IMG/VR virus record: IMGVR_UViG_3300025862_000001
Coordinates: 1-55,862 of that record
Length of the DNA: 55,862 nt
From: a virus
Taxonomy: Duplodnaviria; Caudoviricetes
Direction: 5' to 3' (one strand)
Part shown: positions 1-8,789 of the stretch, piece after piece
Layout of the letters: every line of letters begins with the position of its first letter
How positions within the stretch are numbered: position 1 is the first letter of the stretch
Translations under genes and position numbers: made by a program
Notes under the pieces: model-generated
Databases searched by the model: none
What the model was told of the DNA's origin: nothing
What the model saw: the letters and a program-made list of their open reading frames with translations, nothing else

Positions 1-20
1 CAAAGCTCCGCGGCAAGCGA

Positions 21-386
21 ATGAAAGATATGACCAGAGGGGAACGTATCTCAGCGGTAAAGCAAGGCATATTTCCTCCAGTTCGCTCAGAGCGAGAGCG
101 ACAACTTCGCTCGCGCTACGGGTTGACGCTAGAGGCGTATGCAGATCTTCTACTCCAACACAACGGTGCCTGTTGGGCGTGCGACGAAACTGTTAGCTAC
201 GATCTTTACGTCGATCACGATCACGCAACAAACGAGGTGCGTGGCTTGCTCTGTGCGCGCTGTAATACGTTAGTTGGAAAAGTTGAGGACATGCGTTTAC
301 AGCAGGTAAACCAGTACCTTGAGAGGCATTGCCTAGCACTGCTCGCCTTCGTAAAGCGCAGCATTGGAACGGATGACCGCCCATGA
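21..386 (+). CDS. Endonuclease VII-family homing endonuclease (may start at GTG 55702 across the circular junction)
   Basis: RYGLT..Y..LL, CWAC, VDHDH, VRGLLCARCN motifs. Confidence 0.9.
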   Translation: MKDMTRGERISAVKQGIFPPVRSERERQLRSRYGLTLEAYADLLLQHNGACWACDETVSYDLYVDHDHATNEVRGLLCARCNTLVGKVEDMRLQQVNQYLERHCLALLAFVKRSIGTDDRP

Positions 387-625
387 CTGAACACAAGCAA
401 GTGACTATTCATACCGTCAAGCTGACGCGGAACAAACGACAAGGAGTGGCGTACGGGCAGGACGAGCTTGGAGCGGCGGTACGTATCTGGCTGCTGACGC
501 CGCGAGCCGTAGCGGTCGGGATGGAACAGCTCGAAGGGCTTGGCCGCAGCTTAGGTAGCTACGCTAAGAAGGTGCGGCCTCGTGCCGCGAGCTTTCCTCA
601 TACCAGAGAGTGGGAGCTAGCATGA
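383..625 (+). CDS. Hypothetical protein
   Basis: ATGA overlap with upstream gene. Confidence 0.5.
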   Translation: MTEHKQVTIHTVKLTRNKRQGVAYGQDELGAAVRIWLLTPRAVAVGMEQLEGLGRSLGSYAKKVRPRAASFPHTREWELA

Positions 626-752
626 AGGATGGGCTGCTGGTGATGATGATTTGTTCTTTCGTCGGAATAGCTGCGCTCGAAGCGGTAGAAGGAAACTGGA
701 AGATCGCGATCGGTAGCCTGCTCCTGGCCGGCGCGAACGGAGTTCTGCTTTC

Positions 753-1277
753 ATGAGGCTCACAGCAGATGAGACAACCGAGCTAAAGAAACAGAAACCA
801 TGCAAAGCATGGAGAGCCGTGGAGCCGCCCTACGCTGAGCCAGGAAAGAGCTACCGATCAGGAGGTCAGGAGTACACGGTGGTCTCTGTAGAGCTATTGA
901 GCGACGGAGACATCCTACGGCGGTTTGGAAAAGCTGAATACGCGACCCTAAACGAGAGGTTCGGAGAAGGCCAACTCTGGCTGGTAGTGATCGTAGCCGG
1001 AGACCGAACCGACAAACCACGTCACATACATTGGTCCGGTCGAGGCGGAAATGAACGCGGCTACGGAGACCTATTCCTCGGGCATAAGAAGACGATGTCG
1101 GACATGGAGGCGGTAGCAGACGTTGATCTCAACCAGTTCGCAGCGCAAGCACAAGCAGCAAGCGAAGAGAAACGCTTCCGGCGCAAGCTCCCGAAGCGGA
1201 TACGGCACCCAAAAGCAGACAAGCAAGAAAGAGAAACCCATTCAGATCCGACGTACGGCGTCGGATGGCCAGACTGA
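753..1277 (+). CDS. Hypothetical protein
   Basis: 174-aa ORF on the coding strand. Confidence 0.6.
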   Translation: MRLTADETTELKKQKPCKAWRAVEPPYAEPGKSYRSGGQEYTVVSVELLSDGDILRRFGKAEYATLNERFGEGQLWLVVIVAGDRTDKPRHIHWSGRGGNERGYGDLFLGHKKTMSDMEAVADVDLNQFAAQAQAASEEKRFRRKLPKRIRHPKADKQERETHSDPTYGVGWPD

Positions 1278-1388
1278 TGTGCATGTGTGCTATGCTGCGA
1301 CAGCCGCCCGAGACGACTGCCCTCAATAGAGGTGCTGCGCGAGTGCGAAGTCCTCGACGTACACCTAAACCCAGGAGATTCACAAGAC

Positions 1389-2045
1389 ATGGCTAAAGCT
1401 GGGCCAGGTAAGACACTGTGTGGGGGCGCCAAGAACACCAAAAAACCCAACGGGTGCGGAAACCGTGCAGGCATGGGAACTCATCATGTTGGGGTTGGTC
1501 GCTGTTCGCTGCATGGAGGCAGGACCCTCACCCATGAAGTCTCCGGGCAACGAGAGCTCGCACAGAGACTGGCAGACCGGCTAGCGATCCCTGTTCGTAT
1601 CCACCCCTATGAGGCGCTCACGGATGCGCTAGCGATCGAGTGGGGATTCGTCGAGCACTTCAGACAGCAGGTCGTCGCTCTCGACCCGAGCATGGAATAC
1701 GTACGCCCGACTAGCAGGCTACGCAGGCCGCTGAATGAAGGCAAGGAAGGCGAGGATCCAGCGGTTGTGGTTGAAGAGATCACCGAAGCGCCGGCTGATG
1801 TGAACATCGCGATACGGCAGCTCGGTGTGTGGCTCGACCGGAGCACAAAGCTCAGTAAGGATATTGCGTCACTAGGGCTCGACGACCGCAAACTGAAACT
1901 TGACGAAGAACGTGGCCACGAGATAGGGGATGCGGTGCTAGCGATACTTGCTGGGCTCGACATCAAGATGGATGCTAAAGTGCTTGCTCTTGTGCACCGT
2001 GAGCTAACCGCAATCGACGCGACGTGTGTTGAGGAGGACACATGA
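1389..2045 (+). CDS. Probable terminase small subunit
   Basis: CGG..C...G..H.G.GRC.LHGG Zn-binding N-terminus followed by helical region; AGGAGA RBS; upstream of TerL. Confidence 0.65.
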   Translation: MAKAGPGKTLCGGAKNTKKPNGCGNRAGMGTHHVGVGRCSLHGGRTLTHEVSGQRELAQRLADRLAIPVRIHPYEALTDALAIEWGFVEHFRQQVVALDPSMEYVRPTSRLRRPLNEGKEGEDPAVVVEEITEAPADVNIAIRQLGVWLDRSTKLSKDIASLGLDDRKLKLDEERGHEIGDAVLAILAGLDIKMDAKVLALVHRELTAIDATCVEEDT

Positions 2046-2305
2046 GGCTTCGCGCGGCGCCGTTAGCTCGTGAGTGTGAGCGCCTGGTAGCGAACGGCAC
2101 ATACACTTGGTCTGATATCGCCTACAACTGCGGTATGACTGTTTCGTCGAAACAAGCTGATACGGCTCGGTTGCTTCGAGTGCTTGGTCTCAAGCCGGGG
2201 AGCGCGCCCGGCGCCCGCGTGAATCCCACCAAGCAACTAAGCGAAGCCACAGTCCACCTAATACTTCGGGCCATCAGCAAGGATCCGGTTGATGTCGGCT
2301 ACTAA
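2042..2305 (+). CDS. Putative HTH DNA-binding protein
   Basis: TWSDIAYNCG helix-turn-helix-like pattern; ATGA overlap. Confidence 0.5.
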   Translation: MRLRAAPLARECERLVANGTYTWSDIAYNCGMTVSSKQADTARLLRVLGLKPGSAPGARVNPTKQLSEATVHLILRAISKDPVDVGY

Positions 2306-2315
2306 GGAGTACACG

Positions 2316-2492
2316 ATGAAGATTGATTTGGGGAGAGGTAGCCTGCTAGGCGTTGCTTTCATTGTTTTGCGGCTCGTCGGCGTGATTCACTGGTCGTGGG
2401 TCTGGGTGCTGGCACCGTTCTGGATACCGTTTGTGATCGGGCTTGCTGTCGTTTTTCTTGTTGGCTTGTTCTCCTGGTGGACTGAGTGGTGA
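2316..2492 (+). CDS. Small membrane protein
   Basis: LRLVGVIHWSWVWVLAPFW motif common in phage membrane proteins; AAGGAG RBS. Confidence 0.75.
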   Translation: MKIDLGRGSLLGVAFIVLRLVGVIHWSWVWVLAPFWIPFVIGLAVVFLVGLFSWWTEW

Positions 2493-2701
2493 GGCGCACA
2501 GGCGGCCGGGTTCGCGGTTTCGTAGGTCTTTGGTTGCTCGCAATCACCGGCCTCTTCGACTGGTGGATGATTGAAGGGGCTAGCCTGCCGTGGGTAACGC
2601 CGCTAGGAGCCGCGGGACTCTACCTGCTGACCGTCACCTGCACCGTCGTCAGTTTAGCTTTTGTCGGTTGGCTCTGGCGCTATGACGGATTGTGCTAGAG
2701 T

Positions 2702-3052
2702 GTGTGGGTGCTAGACATACTCACAGCCGCGTTCATAGCCGTTGCTGCACTGTTTCACCCACATCTGACTCACCCAAACCAGGAGCATTTCACAGTCGAT
2801 TCGACCTGTTACGCCGAAGGTGGTCTGACCGCAAGTGGAACGCAAGCACACCTCGGAGAGGTAGCGGTGATGCCAGGCTTCCTACCGCTAGGCTCACGGA
2901 TCAAGCTGGACAATCCCGCGTTCGGCCGGCGAGTGTTCCGCGTCGAGGATCATATCGGGAGCGGCTCAGAACTCGACGTGTTCTACCCAAGTGAGGTTCG
3001 GTGCGAAGCATATGGCCGGCAACGTCGCGGGTTTGTGCTCTTGACACGGTAG
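2702..3052 (+). CDS. 3D-domain (MltA-like) cell-wall protein
   Basis: Hydrophobic N-terminus; TCY..G.TASG, VAV...LPLGS, VED.G, LDVF motifs. Confidence 0.85.
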   Translation: MWVLDILTAAFIAVAALFHPHLTHPNQEHFTVDSTCYAEGGLTASGTQAHLGEVAVMPGFLPLGSRIKLDNPAFGRRVFRVEDHIGSGSELDVFYPSEVRCEAYGRQRRGFVLLTR

Positions 3053-3608
3053 AGGCGAGTAGGTAGTCTTGTATGCGGGTGACGGTTCAGAGGCCGTCAC
3101 CCAACAAACTTTGAGAGAGGCCATGAAATGATCGGTCAAGAGCGCGAGATGCGATGAGCTGGTGGGTCTGGATACTGGTCGGCATCGGCTGCATCGGTTG
3201 GATACAGGTCAGCCCGTTAGCAGTTCGTAGACCTTGGCGGCGAGCGCCATACCCGACGCTGGACGAGATCCGGGCCGCTGCCCGCGAGGGTACTGCGCAG
3301 GAGCACGGGTGTTGAACAAGACTGCGACCCTCACTAACCGCCTAATACGGCCCGGCGTACAGGTACTCAAGCTCGACAAAACCAAGGCTGAGGTGAAGTT
3401 TCCTTGGACACCGAGGCGACGCGCAAAGCGCGCAGACCAGATGACCACCTACACGCACTTGCAACAGGTCGGCCGGGTGAGTATGATCCAGATAGGCGAG
3501 GACGAGTTCCGTACACCGAGCAGGCAGGAGCGCCGCTCAGCACGAATGGGTCTTCGTCGCAACCAGCACCCTATGGCTCGCATAGCTCAATCACGGAGGC
3601 CGCGTTAG

Positions 3609-3914
3609 ATGCCCTACGTTGACCCACACACCCGCGATCGACTAAGCGACCCAGACTTGCCGGCTCGCTCGCGCCGCGCACTGAACGCCGGCGAGCTGAC
3701 ATACCAGCTACAACAAAACCTGCTCGCATTCATAAAGGGCCACGAGCTGAAGTATCAGACGCTGGCTGAATGCCTCGGGGCGCTGGAGGGCGCCAAGCTC
3801 GACCTGATCGAGCGCGTCGTCAAACCTTACGAGGAACGGAAGCGCTTGGAGAACAGCGACGTATGGCCGGATAGCCTGACGAGAAGTGTCGGGGGTAGCG
3901 AATGGGTAATCTAG
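3609..3914 (+). CDS. Conserved phage hypothetical protein
   Basis: MPYV..GEL.Y..GALEGAKL..PYEE.K..EN.DV pattern recognised from phage proteins. Confidence 0.7.
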   Translation: MPYVDPHTRDRLSDPDLPARSRRALNAGELTYQLQQNLLAFIKGHELKYQTLAECLGALEGAKLDLIERVVKPYEERKRLENSDVWPDSLTRSVGGSEWVI

Positions 3915-4161
3915 ATTGCGCACTGGTGCTCATTGTAGGAACCAAGCAAATCAAGCTAGACTTGACCTGTGTGCCTGGCGCCGAGTACGCCGCAGCCAAC
4001 GCTCTGATGGAAGCTATGCGCGATAAGCTCAAGAAAGCGCGCCATGAGGAACTCACCAACGTCGAGTTCATCGGGCCGGTGAGCACGTGACCGGCTTCTC
4101 CAGCATGATCCCTGAGGCCACCGACCAGCATCCTTGGTACGTAATGGAATGGAGGTACAGT

Positions 4162-4842
4162 ATGACCATAACAATGTACGACAGCGTTGATGTTTCGCAG
4201 ATACCCGTGACTGCTGAAGCCGTTGCTGGGTACACAACGGGGTTATATCCGACCTTCCCTGTCCTCGCCCAACGCTTCCCGCACGCGCACCTGCTTTCGA
4301 TCGCAGTGGACTCGGGTGAGGATGCTGACTGTCTCGACGTGGAGACCGGAGACGGGACACCGGCTGACGCTCCTGCTTGGTATCGGCGCCAGATCAAGCT
4401 TGGTAAAAAGCTGCCGTGCTTCTACGCGAACTCTTCAACGATGCCGTCTGTTGTAGCGGCTCTGACAAAGAGTGGTATCCCGCGCAGCCAGTACCGAGTC
4501 TGGACAGCGCACTACACAGGAGTACCGCACATCGAGCCAGGCTCCGACGCAACCCAATGGTATGACAAAGCGCTCGGCCGGAACCTCGACATCAGCTGGT
4601 GCAAGGACACGTTCTTTGCGAGCGCATCAGACACTTGGCAGCCAGGAGACGAGGTGAACTGGTGCCGTGAGTGGGACAAAATCATCGCACGCAAGACGCT
4701 CGCCGCACATCTACGTCGGCTGTATCTACGAAGCAGGATGCTGCTAAGGCGGCGTGCAATCACTAAAGCAGCCCACCGCACAGGCTGGAGCATCGCGAAC
4801 CGTCTGTATCGGTATAACCAGTTGAGGAATCGGACGCACTAA
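4162..4842 (+). CDS. GH25-like muramidase / endolysin
   Basis: MYDS, CLDVETGD, YAN, WTAHY, ATQW, LDIS motifs; GGAGG RBS; basic C-terminus. Confidence 0.75.
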   Translation: MTITMYDSVDVSQIPVTAEAVAGYTTGLYPTFPVLAQRFPHAHLLSIAVDSGEDADCLDVETGDGTPADAPAWYRRQIKLGKKLPCFYANSSTMPSVVAALTKSGIPRSQYRVWTAHYTGVPHIEPGSDATQWYDKALGRNLDISWCKDTFFASASDTWQPGDEVNWCREWDKIIARKTLAAHLRRLYLRSRMLLRRRAITKAAHRTGWSIANRLYRYNQLRNRTH

Positions 4843-5084
4843 TGGATGATGAGCCGGAGGAGCTAGAGCCGAGCGCGTACGCACTCTCGCTTGCTCTTCT
4901 TGCAAAGGGCATCCAGCCGTACTGTGTAGTGGTTGATGACGAGCTGCATGTACTCGCCTGCATGCCCGATAGCGAGGCGAGTCTCGCGCAGATGATAAAC
5001 ACAGACGGCAGCATCCGCGACGGCTACATGGTCGGCGTTATGAAAGTCCTCTGCGACGCGATAGAGGAAGAGGCACTCACATGA
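4842..5084 (+). CDS. Hypothetical acidic protein
   Basis: TAATG coupling to upstream gene. Confidence 0.55.
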   Translation: MDDEPEELEPSAYALSLALLAKGIQPYCVVVDDELHVLACMPDSEASLAQMINTDGSIRDGYMVGVMKVLCDAIEEEALT

Positions 5085-5181
5085 TGAGACATCCGTTCAC
5101 AACATGTTTAGGGGTAGGGTTGGCCGTCACGAACATCGTGTATCGCGCTCTACTACGACAGCCGCTACGTGAGCGGCTACG

Positions 5182-5670
5182 ATGACCGCCGCACACGAAC
5201 AAGAAGTCACGATTCGTCTGCTCGTACGCTGGCCGGCGCATGAACCCCGCGAGCAAGATCCCAACTACAAGCTTTTTCACCAGGCGAAAGCCCGCATGAA
5301 GAGGGCTGGCCTGCTGAAGTGCAACGTCGAGTCCGACTATCATTCAGATGGTCCTATTGAGTTGCATCACTCCAAGGTCGAGTTCGCGCACGTCAACGAC
5401 ATATCGCTCGACAAGTTCAACCACGCTTATGGGCTGCATCTTAGCGACGAGGATTTCAAGAAGTACGTTGAGGAAGAGGGCAACCTAGAGCCGCTCTGCA
5501 CGTTGCATCACCGAGGGCAAGAGGGGATTCACAGTCTGGACGGCCCGACTTGGAACGTGCTGCGTACGGCTACAGACCCGAAACATGTAGTTGAAGCGTT
5601 AGCAAACAACGAGATCCCTGTCGTGAAGCCTCACTTGCAAGCGGTCTCAAACGCGGGGGCTGTCGCCTAA
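5182..5670 (+). CDS. HNH-fold protein
   Basis: IELHH...NLEPLC..HHRG..GIH. Confidence 0.6.
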   Translation: MTAAHEQEVTIRLLVRWPAHEPREQDPNYKLFHQAKARMKRAGLLKCNVESDYHSDGPIELHHSKVEFAHVNDISLDKFNHAYGLHLSDEDFKKYVEEEGNLEPLCTLHHRGQEGIHSLDGPTWNVLRTATDPKHVVEALANNEIPVVKPHLQAVSNAGAVA

Positions 5671-6155
5671 TGCAGCCGGGAGACCTGCTGTTGATTCGAA
5701 CTAATCACTTCGCCTCGAAACTCATTCAGTGGGGGCAGCGAGGCTATGGGAAAGAGGCAGCACGCTGGAATCACGTAGCGGTGTGTGTTGGTGAAGAACA
5801 GATCGTCGAGGCACTAACACAAGGTGTTGTGCTTTCTAAAGTTGACAAGTACCCTTACCTAGATACACAACCGATCAAAGCGCATCCACGAGGACTCGTC
5901 TTAGGAGAATATGGTGGCGCAATGAGAGGTAACGCCTCCCAGTTTGCTCGATCCTGCGTGGGTCAGTCTTACGGCTGGTGGACGATCGCAGCGATCGCCG
6001 TCAAAGCACTCACCAAGGGGCGTATTGACTTTGGTGTGCAAGGCACGTCGATCTGCTCGGGGCTCGCAGCCAGGTCGCTTGAGCGTCTTGGATATAATTT
6101 CAATCCGTGGGATCCAGCTGAGCTAACGCCGGCCTACCTAGCGGAGAACGTGTGA
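5670..6155 (+). CDS. Permuted papain-like (YiiX/NlpC-P60) amidase
   Basis: QPGDLLL, WNHVA, Y, ICSGL, TPA motifs. Confidence 0.85.
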   Translation: MQPGDLLLIRTNHFASKLIQWGQRGYGKEAARWNHVAVCVGEEQIVEALTQGVVLSKVDKYPYLDTQPIKAHPRGLVLGEYGGAMRGNASQFARSCVGQSYGWWTIAAIAVKALTKGRIDFGVQGTSICSGLAARSLERLGYNFNPWDPAELTPAYLAENV

Positions 6156-6299
6156 GAAAGTGGCGAGCCTATTGATTGGATCGTGTTCGGCGTGTGGCTG
6201 GTCTGGGATATGGCTGCGAAAGCCTGCGGGCGACCACGCCCACGCCTACTGCAAACGCTGCCCAAGCAGACCGCTACTAGAGTGGAAGGCCGAAGAGCT

Positions 6300-6569
6300 A
6301 TGCGTACAGGAAGATGCTACAGATGCTCAACATGCGGAACCTGCTGGCCTTACCAACCCGCCTACTCCAAGTGCACCAAATGTGAAAGCAAGTGTTGGAG
6401 CAAGCCGATAGAATCGGACGATGACGTGCCGACGCGCGAGGAAGCATCGAAGCTAAAAGCACACATCGACTTCGAAGCGTTCTGCGAGAAGCGAGACGAC
6501 CGCATCGCTAAGGAAGAGATCGACCGGCTCGCCTCAGAGCTACCGCTTTTCTCTGACGCTTTCGTCTGA
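6300..6569 (+). CDS. Zn-ribbon protein
   Basis: CSTC...CTKC; stop overlaps TerL start. Confidence 0.6.
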   Translation: MRTGRCYRCSTCGTCWPYQPAYSKCTKCESKCWSKPIESDDDVPTREEASKLKAHIDFEAFCEKRDDRIAKEEIDRLASELPLFSDAFV

Positions 6570-8350
6570 TGGGCAGAGGGCGGTTCGCGGCCGAACACGT
6601 CGCCGCGTCAATAACAGAGACGGACGTTACCCCTGGTGATCTAGCCCGGAGATGCGACTCGCAAATCGTGCAGACAGCAGCCCTAGACATCATAGATGCC
6701 GAGCTGGTAATGATACGAGACCAGCTAACGGTCATGTTCGCTCGCCGCCAGCAGTTCGCGCAAGCGATGAAGTCCGGGCTGTCCGAGGAAGGCGCCGTCC
6801 TCGCCGCGCAAGATATGGTGCCCGATAAAGGCAATGCGCGGCTGACGATCTCGATGCCTCCACAGGAGGGGAAGACATCACGAATAGGGCGCTACGGGAT
6901 ACTGTGGCTTCTCAGGCAGTTTCCCGGCTTGCACGTCGGGCTTGTGTCTTACGACAGTACCCGCGCTAACGAGATCAGCTACCTGTTACGCGCAGACATC
7001 GAAGCCTTCGACGGCACAGACGGAAACCTTGATTTGGGGTTGCGCCTAGCAAAAGACTCGAAGGCGGTCGGACGCTGGCGGCTCGCGCAGCCCCACGCCG
7101 GCGACGTGTACGCGATCGGGATAGGCGGAGGGCTCACTGGCCGGCACGTAGACATGCTGCTGATAGATGATCCGGTAAAGGACATCAGGGCCGCAGACTC
7201 ACTGCTGCAAAGCCAGCAGGCGTGGGACTGGTGGCAGACAGTCGCAAGCGCGCGTCTCGCACCGTGGGCACCAGTGATTGTTGTTGCTACCCGTTGGCAC
7301 GAGCTGGACCTGATCGGACGGCTGCTACTCAACCAGCAAGAAAGCGAACAGGCAGGCGAGCCGCATATAGACAAGTGGCGTGTCGTCAGCATCCCAGCGC
7401 AAGCGGAGGACGAGGACGACATCCTCGGCCGGCAACCCGGCGAGTTCATGGCATCCGCGAGAGGGCGCACCCAAGAGCAGTGGCTGACAAAGAAGGCAGA
7501 ACTAGCCCCACGGTTCTGGACAGCCCTATACCAGGGGCGCCCGGCACCAGACGTAGGTGAGGTGTGGTTGAAGCATTGGTGGCGCCGGTACGACGAGCCG
7601 AAGTGGCAGCAGCAGGCAGACGGATCGTTTCGTTTGCCTGGGGTCGATAAGGCACTGCTCTCAGTGGATTGCGCATTCAAGGACAAGTCCACATCGGACT
7701 ATGTGACGATCGGCGTGTGGGGCAAATGGAGTGTTGAGACATACCTGATCTATCAAGTATGGGCGCGTCTTTCGTTTACGGATACGTGCTCGGCGCTGGT
7801 TCGCGTCGCAAACCTGTTCCCGGACTGCTACTCAAAGCTGGTAGAGGACAAGGCCAACGGGACCGCGGTGATCGACTCGCTGAAGAAGACGGTGACAGGG
7901 CTGCTCCCTATCGTGCCGGTACAACACAAGCGAGCGAGAGCGGAGGCGGTGTCCCCGTTTATTCGCGCCGGCAACGTGTACCTGCCGTCAGCTCAACTTG
8001 CGTCAATGCAACCGGAGATCAGCTGGGACGTGGAGGCGCTGATTACCGAGGCGACTAGCTTTCCGAACGGGGCGCACGATGACCAGGTCGACCAAGTGTC
8101 GCAGGCGTTGGCGGAGTTCTACCTAGTGGGCGGTGCGGGTGAGGCGTACTTGAAGGCTATCCAGGCTGAGGTCGAGTATGGTAGCGCGGGAGATATTCCG
8201 ACCGGGCATTTCAGCGGCAAGGTCGAGTATGAGGAGGTCGAGTCTGAGCCGTGTGGGCATGACGCATGGCAACCGAGCCCCGAGCATCCGGGCTACGATG
8301 AATGTGCTGTTGATGGCTGCGACGAGTTTCAGAAACGGATGATCACATGA
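6569..8350 (+). CDS. terL: Terminase large subunit
   Basis: MPPQEGKT Walker A, LLIDDPVK Walker B, TRWHE.DL, SVDCAFK, FPNGAHDDQVD nuclease motif. Confidence 0.97.
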   Translation: MGRGRFAAEHVAASITETDVTPGDLARRCDSQIVQTAALDIIDAELVMIRDQLTVMFARRQQFAQAMKSGLSEEGAVLAAQDMVPDKGNARLTISMPPQEGKTSRIGRYGILWLLRQFPGLHVGLVSYDSTRANEISYLLRADIEAFDGTDGNLDLGLRLAKDSKAVGRWRLAQPHAGDVYAIGIGGGLTGRHVDMLLIDDPVKDIRAADSLLQSQQAWDWWQTVASARLAPWAPVIVVATRWHELDLIGRLLLNQQESEQAGEPHIDKWRVVSIPAQAEDEDDILGRQPGEFMASARGRTQEQWLTKKAELAPRFWTALYQGRPAPDVGEVWLKHWWRRYDEPKWQQQADGSFRLPGVDKALLSVDCAFKDKSTSDYVTIGVWGKWSVETYLIYQVWARLSFTDTCSALVRVANLFPDCYSKLVEDKANGTAVIDSLKKTVTGLLPIVPVQHKRARAEAVSPFIRAGNVYLPSAQLASMQPEISWDVEALITEATSFPNGAHDDQVDQVSQALAEFYLVGGAGEAYLKAIQAEVEYGSAGDIPTGHFSGKVEYEEVESEPCGHDAWQPSPEHPGYDECAVDGCDEFQKRMIT

Positions 8351-8583
8351 AGCTCTTTCCAAAGCTCCGCGAGTCGAAGGAGGAGCACGCAATCCGACTC
8401 GACGGTGAAGCACAGCTTCGACAGCTACCAAAGCTGACTGATGAGAACATTCGCAAATACGCTGAGCCCGGCAGTAGGTGCAAGAAGAGCCAGGCAGGAG
8501 GACGACACCGTTGGATGGAGCTAGGCGTCGAGTACCAATGCCAGTATTGTGGACGTTGGAATCCGGAATACCGGACCGTATAG
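8347..8583 (+). CDS. Small Zn-binding hypothetical protein
   Basis: C...HRW...CQYCG; ATGA overlap. Confidence 0.55.
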   Translation: MKLFPKLRESKEEHAIRLDGEAQLRQLPKLTDENIRKYAEPGSRCKKSQAGGRHRWMELGVEYQCQYCGRWNPEYRTV

Positions 8584-8789
8584 AAACCTCAACCGGGCTG
8601 GGCCTAGAGCAAGCCTCGGCGGGAGATTTGAATGACCGATTTGATAGATTTGATGACAGCAACCCAACTGAAACGCTACTGTGCTGGAGCTATAGAGCTA
8701 ACCGTCACAAAGGACGGCGCTATCCTTGCAACTGACGGCTTGCTAAACGGGCAAGGACGCTCAGCTAAGCTAGCGATCGAGGGGATGAA

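Noticed and set aside
6979-7692. Long minus-strand ORFs opposite terminase and other core genes
   Set aside because: Ser-rich antisense shadows typical of high-GC coding DNA
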